A DNA stretch of 64,000 nucleotides from Balanoglossus misakiensis. Lineage: Eukaryota; Animalia; Hemichordata. The stretch lies in assembly GCA_040954595.2 (NCBI GenBank), contig CM082582.2, positions 5,130,303 to 5,194,302 on the forward strand, read 5' to 3'. The position numbers were made by a program, and so were the translations under genes. Shown here piece by piece: positions 28,701 to 39,554 of the stretch (the first letter of the stretch is position 1; each line of letters starts with the position of its first letter). The notes beneath the pieces were generated by a model. That model ran no database searches, had not been told where the DNA came from, and saw nothing but the letters and a program-made list of their open reading frames with translations.

Positions 28701-31700
28701 CAAACACAAAACCTGGAGACACTAGAATGTTTAAATGTACACTCTAGATAACTGTATATTGGGTTTGTCTGTATCTGTTTTCATATTATCATAGTATGCT
28801 TAATTGCAGTTTGCCATTAACCCAGTCGATATGCAGACAGTACTAATATGTGTGTGTTTGGGTTTCTCTGTGGGAGGGTGGTTGCCGACTCTCAGAATAA
28901 ACAAGCAAACAAACAAACAAACAAATAAACAAACAAACAAACAAACAAATAAATAAATAAATAATAATGATAATAGTAATAGCCTTCAACAGAATGTATG
29001 AAAGCTACATTCAACTGCACAAACTTAAATTCAGAATCCGTCATTTTATGGCAATAAAAGGCATGATTAATTCAAATGTGATAGCTGCTTGTAAGACCGA
29101 AAGTGGCTTTGCTGAAGAGACCCGAGGTTAAGTAGCCGGTATTGATCAGACCCTTATGATTTGATACGGTGTAAATGGGTTCTGTGAATGTCTGTGTGCA
29201 GTGTGGCAGGTACAATACAGTGACAAAACAAACAGGTTTGTCAACACTTTGCCCGTTCCATAAAGGCCTTGTAGACATTTCTCTGTGCTTACACACTTTT
29301 TAGTGCCCACATCTCTGCGTACTCTCAGTCCCCCGAATGGATCAATGGCTGCATTGATTATTAGAATATATCTTTTGGAGCATAATATAATCCAAGAATG
29401 GGGTAAACCGACCCTGCTTTCAGACGGATGTGTAAGAGCTACAACTGTATTTATTTTTGCGGAAGTACATTTGAACTGTACAGAGTCAGAGTAGTCAAAC
29501 AATGATTTCATATGCGACTAGAATCTACAATGTACATGACTGGAGGCAAAAAATCTTTATCAGCTCACCTATTTGAACTTGTATGATGTGTTTGCTTGAC
29601 GAAAGTGAACCTGAATATGCATCTAATAGTGTTTGGTAAAAATTATACGCAAATTATGAGTGCAGTGTTAAATTCATATTTATTTGAGAAATATGAATTA
29701 AAATTTCATATTCTCAAATAAGCATTGTGTGTTTAAACAAAGTACAACTTATTACATCTGAAAATAAATATAATTTACTTATTAATTAACTTACTTATTA
29801 TAACGGCAGCATGAAATTAAATGAAAGACGTGCCGATTGACATTCACTCTAATGTTTTAACTAGTCTGTGTTGTCTAGCATTTACTAGTCATAACCATCA
29901 TATTTTAGTATTCAGTTAACCCAAGATGTTTGCCCAGGTATTTGGAAACAAAACCCTGGTTTAATAGTATGCCTCTTTAAAGTTTAATTAACTCATGCTA
30001 AACAGAGTTTATGCTAGTTTGTATTGCAGCCTATAAATACTGTAAATGAACAATCAGTGCTACTGTTTCTTGCAGCTTTACTGTTGTCATTACCGGTATT
30101 ACGTTCTCGGCAATAATCGTGTTAGATTTCTTGTATTTTATAATTGCAGCTCACATCAACTTTCATTCCTTCACACACTGACATGATTGATGTTTTTGCT
30201 CATTTACATATTTATAAACCTATAAACTCGGCAGTGTGTTAGTCACTTGTCGAAGAGCGAGCGCGGTCAGATGTTGTCTAATTTAATGACCTGTGTTCAT
30301 CTATTCACGTCAGTGGGTCGCTTCGTTGTCAAAAAACGGAAGGAACTGCAGACAGGATGGGAAAAGATCCTCTTATATTATAGAATTCATTATTTATGAG
30401 GTGTAATTTTAATGGCATTGAGCTGATTGTCAGTATATATAGTTCCAAGAATTGCAGGGCTACTGTGTGTGGGCGTAGTCCTCTGGTTCAAATGCACAGA
30501 CTGGATTTCTGAATCTGACTTTCAAAAGTGATGTGTAAAAGCAAGTGATCGGCAGTGCAGTTTACAGTGAAAAAAAATGTTACTTGAACAGCTGAACTGG
30601 ATTGGATTTTATATGAGGATCTGATTCAGTTTCCTGAAATCTGATGACATTTATAACTTTATGTTTGATTTTAACCCTTTCACCACCATGGTTTAGTCCA
30701 AACTCATTGTTTTCTATGGTAAGGCTGGACCTCTAGAGAGGGAGCTGGGGGGTGAAAGACTGGAGTGTGGTTTCAATGTGTTGCTGCAGTAAAAAGTTGT
30801 CTCGCACATTGCAGAAGGACTGAATGAAGACTTTGAAGTTACTCCGTGTTTACTTTTCGTGACCTTCATCGAGTGAACGTCCTGGCAATTTGTAAACAGG
30901 TGTTGACTCAGCGTCTGCGAGACTTCAAATTTTATCATCTCTCCTTCCGTTCACGTGAAAAGAGAAAACCGCAATCTAATTCACTCGCTGTCGTGTTTTA
31001 TAGCGCCAGGATGACCACAAACAGGAATTGATGAGTGTACTTTGGGAGCTGAGCCCTTTCCTCTCAGTCAGAAAATGTCTGGATCTTTCAGGTCATGGGA
31101 TGATAATGTCAGATTGGGTAACACAACATGGTTTTAAAGGGGGCAATAGCACTACAGGATGTGTGATTTTCGAAATGTTTGCGCTGTGTTATTTATGGTA
31201 TATAAAGAGTAGAGTTGCTGTATGGTCTTCCTTCAAGCCTGTATGGGATGGTGGACATATACTCACACACTTATATGACATAGAATATAATGTATAGAAG
31301 AAATGCAACTCATGATTTTATGGGATGTTAATTGATATGCCAATAGGTGGTATCAGATTTTAGTTAGTAGCTGGGGATGTGTTATTCAAAGCATGCATTG
31401 TACATCATTTCTGTAAATTACAGTGATTATTTATAGACACAGTGACTGTGCAGTCTAATTTGTCTATTGTAGGAGGTTACATATTTATAAAGGTGGGGGG
31501 GGGGGCTCTACATTATTCAACATGTTCAATATGTACTGTAAATTATATATTTTATGGACAGGATCCAAAGTAAAAGTTTCAGTTCCTATCCTGCAGCTGC
31601 ACACATATGTTACAGCTAATCTGTGTGATTCACTGTGCTTCAGTGAGAAGAGAAAACATACAACCACTGTCAGTCATTTTTATAAAGTAAATATTTTTTC

Positions 31701-33487
31701 TGTAGTTTCATCTCAAACACTCCCTGTGAAACTATTTCTCATTAGAGTTTGGCAAGCTTCTTAAAGATTTCGTTGTGTTAGCGAGAAATTTCAGTAGAGC
31801 ACATGTACTTCTTGAGTGGACGCAAGGTGGTTTCATAAAGTTGCCACTAGATGGCGCCCCACACATGAATATGTAATTTGAATGATAATATGAACAGATG
31901 TATCAATATTGTGAGACGCTCCGTTCTGATTCTGTGTCATCTGAATAAATACAATCTATAGCTAAGACGGTATAAAATAATCCAGTCATATTAGACAGAT
32001 CAAGAACAGTACTGCTTCCAAATGGAATCAACTAGCAACACTTTGGTACAATCGCTTCTCGGAAAGTGTCTGTCAGTTTGCTCAATGGGGAATGGATACC
32101 GTTCATTATTGCTTTTTTATTGACTCCTTAACATCTTTATCGACCCTGTCCTGGTCGCTGGATCATTTTTCAAAGCGTTCATTCATACCCAACCTGTCTT
32201 TTGCTGCAATGTACATTACACCGCGCGAGAAAATTAAATTGCAAAGGGGTGTTAATAATTTAACATATCTCTATTATTTATTCCCGGTGCATTAAATTTT
32301 GCCCTCTCGGTGGCATAAAATATCGAGCCATGATGGAATGTCGGTGGGAAGACTGACAGGGACCTGTCAGTTTTGCTGGCATGGTTAACACATCTCGTTC
32401 ACAGTTAACTGTTATATATAGCCTGTGTCATCGCAGTGAGAGTAATAACTCTGAAGTGGGTTGTCAGCAGTGATTTCTTTGCATCGTACAGGGATGTTAT
32501 CCAGGTCTATCAGTCATTTTGCCTCAGCCAGGTGTGCACGCTTTGACCTTTGAACTCATGAAGTGATAGTGTGAGGAAAAATACTACACCTATACTGATC
32601 AATAACACAAATCACACTTGCTCTTGAACAGAAGTCTCAATGGAGGGAAACGTAATTTCCAGACAGATACGCATGAAGAAAATATTTTTGATGATTGTAA
32701 TGGCAAAATTAGGCAGGAAATTTTTTCATTTGATTAAAATTTTACATCGATGAAAATAGTTTTTATACAGGCAGTCAAATTTTGGAATTTTGAAATGGTA
32801 TGATTTTTTGGGGGAGAAATCATAGACCGTAGTGGCTTCTAGTGTCTGTGCATAAACAAAGGATGAAAAGTGACACAGTTGTTACAACTCATCTGTTTAC
32901 AGTGCGACAGGCAACGAAAACACCAATACTCTTGAATAAACACTGGTATTGGCAGGTCAGCTTTATCAGTGGTGAACCTTGATGTACATAAACATTATAA
33001 ACTCACAACTGTCACTTTTCAGTTTATGGTACATGTGTATTCCTGGAAAATGCACAGGGGTTATTTCTCTTGGGGTACTGCCAAACAGTTGTTGATAATC
33101 CTCATACAACATATTGTAAGTTGTAACATACCATACCATACCATACCATACCATACCATACCATACCATACCATACCATACCATACCATACCATATCAAA
33201 TCATATCATATCATAAATCATATCATGTACGTTGTGAAGGACCAGCTATTTGCATGTATGAAATAATTTTAAAGGGCTTAACAAGTTGTTAACTGCCTGT
33301 GTCTTTACATGCAAAAGGGATAATTTTCTCGTTTTTCAGTGACTGTGACTAGTAACTGTACAAAGTGAAGAGCTATAGGCACTTTGATCATTCTGACGCT
33401 AATTCTAGTTTCCTTTTTTCATCTTTGCAGGCGAGAAGACAAAGTCACGAGCCGAGCCCCAGCGGAACAAGTAGTAGTAACGACTGA
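4665..33487 (+). CDS. CBFB: Core-binding factor subunit beta, whole gene: join(4665..4742,4960..5046,5238..5357,11639..11755,13723..13842,33431..33487), 192 aa
   Basis: Manual splice gives MPRVVPNQKEKFESDELFRKLSRECE-VKYTAFRDR...AFTATGTNL...FILNGVCV.FRGWVDLDRLDG...ARRQSHEPSPSGTSSSND*, recognisable CBF-beta; all introns GT-AG, phase 0. Confidence 0.96.
4960..5046 (+). CDS. CBFB: CBFB coding exon 2
   Basis: acceptor ctcgcag|; VKYTAFRDRSLEERQVRFQTACREGHSEL; donor |gtaagt. Confidence 0.97.
5238..5357 (+). CDS. CBFB: CBFB coding exon 3
   Basis: acceptor cccag|; AFTATGTNLHLQF...EFVDFDKEVGK; donor |gtaagc. Confidence 0.96.
11639..11755 (+). CDS. CBFB: CBFB coding exon 4
   Basis: poly-T tract then aatag|; VHLRSQFILNGVCVVFRGWVDLDRLDGVACLEFDSERAQ; donor |gtaaag. 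Confidence 0.96.
13723..13842 (+). CDS. CBFB: CBFB coding exon 5
   Basis: attcag|; VEDAVMRESLEQTQRRLREFEERQRLHREELERRAEAEAE, similar to vertebrate RRTREFEDRDRSHREEME; donor |gtaagt. Confidence 0.93.
28870..28968 (+). mobile_element. Probable 3' end of a non-LTR retroelement (L2/CR1-type LINE or SINE): stem-loop, AATAAA, microsatellite tail
   Basis: gagggt...actctc stem (28874-28893), AATAAA at 28896, then (AAAC)n grading into (AAAT)n/(AAT)n. Confidence 0.5.
30675..30758 (+). mobile_element. ~85 bp MITE copy A (TTAA/CCCTTTCACC family, piggyBac-like)
   Basis: ttaa|ccctttcaccaccatggtttagtccaaa...gctggggggtgaaag; highly similar to copies at 34583 and 43627. Confidence 0.75.
31844..31857 (+). 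promoter_or_regulatory. CTCF consensus motif
   Basis: CCACTAGATGGCGC matches the CTCF core CCASYAGRKGGCRS; binding not shown. Confidence 0.5.
33127..33195 (+). repeat. (CCATA)n pentanucleotide microsatellite
   Basis: about 13 tandem CCATA units followed by degenerate TCATA units. Confidence 0.95.
33431..33487 (+). CDS. CBFB: CBFB terminal coding exon 6
   Basis: strong acceptor tccttttttcatctttgcag|; ARRQSHEPSPSGTSSSND*, similar to human long-isoform C-terminus ARRQQDPSPGS... Confidence 0.87.
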   Translation, partial: ARRQSHEPSPSGTSSSND

Positions 33488-33699
33488 AGAACGGTTTTTT
33501 GAGAAGAAGTGAATTCTGTCCAAGGGGTGTCAATATTACTGCCATTGTCGTCAACAGCCAAGAAAACCCACCATTGCCAACAAGCATGTACATAGAAGAA
33601 AAAGTGAACTTTTTATCAATACTCGTTTTTTTTGCACAGTTCTGTTCTGCCGGGGGACAGATTTTTTTGGGGGGTCAACGGGCCCTCACACTGGCAGAC

Positions 33700-33896
33700 A
33701 AGCAATAGGAGGCTGGCTAAAAGTCTTCAGAGGAAAATCCACCGCCTTGCCAACAACAGCGGGGTGACCTCGACATCCTTCAAACTAGTCGGTGATATGA
33801 TTCATGTCGGTGTGAGTAATCGTACAACTATTGTTGGGAGAGTCTGTCGTGTCATCACTGATCAGCTGGCTGACCCCAGTACATGTGCAAATTTTG
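33700..33896 (+). pseudogene. Degenerate PIF/Harbinger-transposase-like fragment (HTH region) in the CBFB 3' UTR
   Basis: TSFKLVGDMIHVGVSNRTTIVGRVCRVITDQL resembles my recollection of the Harbinger/HARBI1 HTH pattern SF..(I/V).D.F.VG.ST...IV..VC..I...L; flanking RQAI and PQYM.KF in shifted frames; by-eye match only. Confidence 0.42.
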
Positions 33897-34187
33897 AATG
33901 AACATCGAAAACGATGTCTCCTGTACCATGTTTTTGGACCAAAATGTAAAGAAATTTTGTCAATAGCCAGACGAAACAAGCACTTTACATGTAGGTTTGT
34001 GAGACAACTCGTCCAAAACTTCATAGCAATGTAGTCTTATCTATTTACTATTTAAGCACAAGAATTTCAGTACCTGCCCCTTCCCTGACCATATCCCCCC
34101 TCCCTCCCTCACAGTGCCTTCTCTCTAACATTTCAAGCTGCATTGTACATAGCATTTGATGCTTCCTCATGTTTTTTCCACACTATA

Positions 34188-34201
34188 CCGCTAGAGGGCG
34201 C
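34188..34201 (+). promoter_or_regulatory. CTCF consensus motif
   Basis: CCGCTAGAGGGCGC. Confidence 0.45.
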
Positions 34202-34582
34202 TTGGCATTTGTGAATCTGGGCTTGCAGTAGTTTGAACTGACGATTTTTACCCCAATACTGCCATGTGGAACTATGTATTTGGGAACTAGCTGGTTTGTG
34301 CCGAATTATGATGTCAAACAAAAAGCACACTGCTAAAATAAACAAATAGAAGCTAGTGTCTGTAAACAACAGGCAAACTTCTTCCAGGCACTACAAAATA
34401 CGTTTCTCTCCGCGAAGGAAGATTTTACCATGACATGAAGCTTCAGTAGATACGGGAAAGTTACACATATCAAATAATTCGGTGTTCACTGAACTAAATA
34501 AAATCCAGGAATAGTTTGGGAAGATCTTAGACTGTAAAAGAAGTTAAGTTTGTTCACTTGGCCTGATACTGTATTCTTTAAA

Positions 34583-34667
34583 CCCTTTCACCACCATGGT
34601 TCAGTCCAAACCCATTGTTTTCTATGGTAAGGTTGGACATCTGAAGAGGGAACTGGGGGTGAAAGGG
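34583..34667 (+). mobile_element. 85 bp MITE copy B (most intact)
   Basis: TIRs ccctttcacc / ggtgaaaggg; flanked by taaa on the left and ttaa on the right. Confidence 0.8.
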
Positions 34668-36108
34668 TTAACTCCCCCTCCCCCCACCACAAAAAACAAT
34701 GTCTATAATGGTTCAGCTCAAAGACAAAGCCACAATAACACAGGGTATTTCTGACTATCTCCTTGTTTTACTGCAGTTGAGATAGTTGTCACTGACATCA
34801 ACTATAGTTAGAATTGTGGTGGGGTGCACATCATCTTCAGATTCCAAACTGCAAATAATATTTCGTGTGTGTGTGTGTTATTTTTTTACACAGTACTAGA
34901 CAATGATATCTGTTGCATCATCACAAACCGCACAGAGACTGCCCAAAAAATCAACCCTGCCAAAATATGATCATTCCATAGTTTCATTTTTAAAACTAAC
35001 AAGGATGTTTATATTTCATACCTTGAGTACATATAAAGTACGTAAAAAAGATTTGTAAATTTTTTTCCTGTGGTCACTACTGCTTAGTACAAGTTTCTTT
35101 TATTGTATTCAGGCTAGCCAATTGCTGTATTAGTTCCAGAAAACTTTCGCTTTAAAAAGAAAATGTGAAACATTTTATTGTCAAGTTTTGTGTATTAGTT
35201 TAAAATGACTACATAATTTTGAATTAATATCAACACATTCTCAGGATTATGATATCCATGCATCTTGTATTGCTTAAATCATCCTTCCTCTTGAAGTGGC
35301 AAGTGTCATTACTTCTTGGCTGTTATTTTCAGAATGTCCATTTCACAAAAGGCATATGTAAATAATGTAGTGATGTCATTTCTGGTATGTACCTTAAATG
35401 ATGTCATCAATATTTACATGAAGAACTCAGCTGTCATCAAGATGCCTAAATTTTTCAAATATAGTGGGTGGGTCACTTCAATACAGAAATAACAGAATGA
35501 TCTCCCAAATGGTCATTTTGTTATCCTTAGTTGACGACCAGGGAAATGACTGTTAGTACAGTTTCGTCTGATCAACACAAAACTCTACCGAAAAGAATTC
35601 TTCCATTCAACAAATGTTTCGAGTATTGTCATAAACAATGACATTTCTTCTAACCACACATATGAGAGTCCCATTCCTGGTTTATGTACTTGAAACAAAA
35701 TAGGTGGGTTTGTTTCAATTGGTATTCAGTACAGAATGGTTATTTATTGTTTATTTATTTCTCTGTAAAAAAAAAAGGAAAAAAAGAGGAAAGATGATTG
35801 TTTTTTCGACAATATGTTTCCGTAAAATATACGTGTAATATTTGCTAGCGTTCTTAGAGAATTTGATGTTGTTTATGTGAACCCCCAAGGCTTTTATGCT
35901 TTGGTTCAAAATAAACTATAAATTATTGTACAAAATGCTTCTAGTTTTGTACTGATTAAAAAGGAAATTAAGATACGACAAATCTATAACACACTCCGTT
36001 GATGCTAAAAGTTGACCAGCTTTGCAGCTTTCAAAGTGTACAAATTTTTAATCTATTCAAGGTATGTTTTGGTTTCCATATTTTTGCTGACCACATCTGT
36101 TCATGAAA

Positions 36109-36114
36109 AATAAA
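36109..36114 (+). terminator. Candidate distal poly(A) signal of CBFB
   Basis: AATAAA with a GT/T-rich element ~30 nt downstream; other AATAAA near 34337, 34497, 35909 could be proximal sites. Confidence 0.45.
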
Positions 36115-39100
36115 ATTTTAGATGGAACTTTAAACAAAGTCTCTGGTGTCGTTTTTCAATTTCAATTCAAATGATGATGATCCTGAGACCCCTTTTGTTG
36201 CTATGGTGACCCGAGGAGGATGAAAGAAAGACAGGACATTTCCAGAACCTAAATGTCCTTCAACCAAATGTAAACTTTATATTTATGTGAAGTCATTTGT
36301 GAAAACAGTTGAACTGACTTAATGCAGATGCTAGTTTTTTTTGGGGGAAAAACTTGACACCCGTTCTCAAATGTTTGTTGCCCAGCTTAAAAGGAAATAT
36401 TCTTGACCCCAACTCCACACAACCACGGTGGCCCTGTTGGAATGGCTGCTGTTACCACTCATCAAAAGCAGTGAAGTCATCCATCCATCATCTGAGTCAT
36501 CACTGTGTGAACACACTGCTCATCTAAGTGTGATTTTCATCAACAATACTCTAGTTTCAATATTCTTGTCCGGTGGTTCTCAACTAGTTGCAGTTGGCCA
36601 GGAAGGGAATTTCTTGATAACATGATCATGCATCATGTAACAATAGCAGTGTTTGTAATCTGCTCTAGAGCGCCCTCACACAGACATTCATAAATTACCT
36701 TTGTTTTTTCCCTTTCATGGAATGGCACCACGCAGGTATCTCATAAAATCTTTTGTTTTTGTTAACTTGATGGCACGGCTTGGCGCCATGCATATCTAAA
36801 CCTACGTCCAGACCCCTTGCTGAATAGTACATTTATCATTTATGATGGGCTAATATTTTCACGCCCAGACGGTCATACATGTACTGCCAAATCAATTTCA
36901 TGTTTATGTCATAAAGGAATGACATCTGAAGAACAATATTTCTATTACTCACAAACTCCAAATCAGCAAGTTCCTCAGTAGGATAATTTCCTTATTGTGT
37001 GTAAGTTTTAAGAATTATGATGAGACTTAAATGGTAGAAGTGAAAGCTTTTATCAACTTGTGAATACAGCGATTTAGAACACAAGAGTCATTATGTTGGC
37101 TTCTTTGTGCACAGACACCATCTATGTGATTTGTTGACTATTGCTGACTCGACACAAATGGGGTCTCATTCTCCGAGTTTGAAAACTGGTCTGAATGCAC
37201 CAACCTGTGATCTTAATTGCGTTCTAATAAATAACGAAGCAGATTATGAGATTTTACATATAAAATTCGTTTTACTACTTAAGCAAAAGCTATGGCTTTT
37301 TGCATTTTATTATTTTTATGCATTTCTTGCAAAAGTAAAAAGACAGTGTGAATGAAAAACAAAAAAAAAATTCTTGTAATGGATCACTTCAATACTTTAC
37401 ATCATATGTAATAATTTACAAGGAACCCAAAATTTGCCAGAAATTTCATGATGTGAGAGGGAAGTGAAAATATGGCTGAGAACAAGCAAGGGAAAACATA
37501 AGCACACTTGTACTATATTTTGCAGGAAGTTAATATGAGAGACCAAATTCTTGCAGTGGTTCAAATCCCACATTTTGGTCAAATAACCGTAAAACTACAA
37601 TTCCAAACAAAAAGGCCCATACAACTGGGTGAAGTATTGCAAGGAGATATATACCACTATAATCCATTTCCATCTGCAAAAACACAAAGGTGTAATTACT
37701 GTAAAAATATACACAATTCTTGTTTACCCCATGATTCAGTATCCAAATAGGCTGGGCTACTCTGCCTGGGTAGGTTTGAATGCAAAGGTTCAATGTCGAA
37801 ACCTCACTGATTATAATAATCTAAATTTGGGACTACTCCGACCGAAATTCCACGTCTTGAAGAAAGGCTTAGTTGTCAACATTTGGTGGAGAGGCTTGTT
37901 TTAAGAGATACATGTACAAAGCATTTTTCAAAGGCAAGGTATGGGTGTAGAACATAACACTCTGTGCAGATACTACTTGGGTCACATCAACTCAAACAGG
38001 AGAAAGGGGGAAAACTCTGCAACACTTGGAAAATAATCTCTCCCCAAAAAATAAATATATGCGAAGAAAATAGACACCTCGGCAGAAATGATTGATACAA
38101 ACTTCTTGTAAGTTTTACACAGTTGAAAAGAAATTTCACTGATCTGTGGGCAACACGCCACCTTACCGGTTAGCTGCACGAAAATCCCCTCTCAAAAAAG
38201 CCCTGGTAGTGCAAACAAAGCAAAAAACCTGTTGTCACAATGCTAAGGATTGGCAAAGAGAAAGAAAGTTCAGTTTGAAACACAACTGGCAGTCCCCCAA
38301 ATAAGTTGTTTTGCCGAGATGGGAACTTGTGGTTTGCATAGCATGTCTGTGTTCTGCTCGTTCAAAAATTTGCCGTCCATCGTGTTGCTGTTGTCCGCTG
38401 TCGGCAGCAACACAACGCTGCAGGAAACAGTATCTTGCTGCTGCACAAGCCAGCATTCTTCTGTAGTAGTACCAACGCCCTCGGATGCAGAGTTGACTTT
38501 TGCTGCAGTTGCAACTGTGGCAGGCAGATTCAGCCTGCAGATTGGTTTTCAGGGGCTGGCATATTGATGAAAAATCCTTTTTTTTTTTGGCAGATGCGTG
38601 CTCGCTGCTGTGCAGTTGTCAATTATTTACCGTAAATACTTCCCTGAAGTTATCAGAATGTGAACAACCAAATATCTTCCTGTAACCTCTTCTAAATTTC
38701 ATTCTATCTGCTTGAAATTCATCACTGGTGACAAATATTCACTAGTCTTGTGAAATACTGAAAACTCCAGGCACTATTGTGATCGGAAAGAATAGTCAGA
38801 TCCTTCCAACTGTAAAACTTTGCCATTAAACTACCCACAGATCCATGATGGATAAAAAACTGATACACAAATAAACTATTTTAGGTATGTCAGCTTAGTA
38901 CACAGTGAAATGCTGTGTAATATCAGTGTACACAACAGAGATAACCTAGCACTCTCTGCTTTTGATAAGAATTGTATTTATACCTTAACACACATTCTAA
39001 CCCTTTTGATGGAGTGAAAGTCACACAAACGGGGAATGGGGGAGGGTGTTGGAGAAATGGGAGGGGTGGGGTGGGGGAGGGTAGATTTAGTCAGCATTTG

Positions 39101-39418
39101 GCAGTGAAATCATACATGAATAATAAGTGATCTTCATTTCCAATTACTAAATGAGCTCATCCTCTCAGCCAGACGACAGAAATTATTTGAAAAAGTGTGT
39201 TAACACTATGGACACATATCACACACACACGTACACACTTATAATCAACTATTTTGTTGTCTATGGTAGATGATGCATTAGCTCAAGACAAGCCTTTCTG
39301 AAACAAATCTTTTTCGTGTCACTACAGATTGCCATTTCTCCTTATGTATTGGGGGCATGGCGTGGTGGAAATATTTTTCACTGGCTGGGAAGATTGGACA
39401 TAGTTCAGAAAGATTTCT

Positions 39419-39554
39419 CTAAGACTCAAGACTGCCTAGAATTAATTTGATTTCTCGGAATGTGCTACCTAACTTTCCAGACATATGTTGCTTTTGTTCA
39501 ACACCGTTCCTTATTCTGCGCAAACAGTCGTAACACGTCTTGCACTTTTTGTAC
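39419..39554 (-). CDS. KATNB1: KATNB1 terminal exon 16
   Basis: [44 protein letters not shown]. Confidence 0.93.

Noticed and set aside
32966-33292. Repetitive ORFs (WYGMV)n and (YHTIP)n
   Set aside because: Translation artefacts of the (CCATA)n microsatellite
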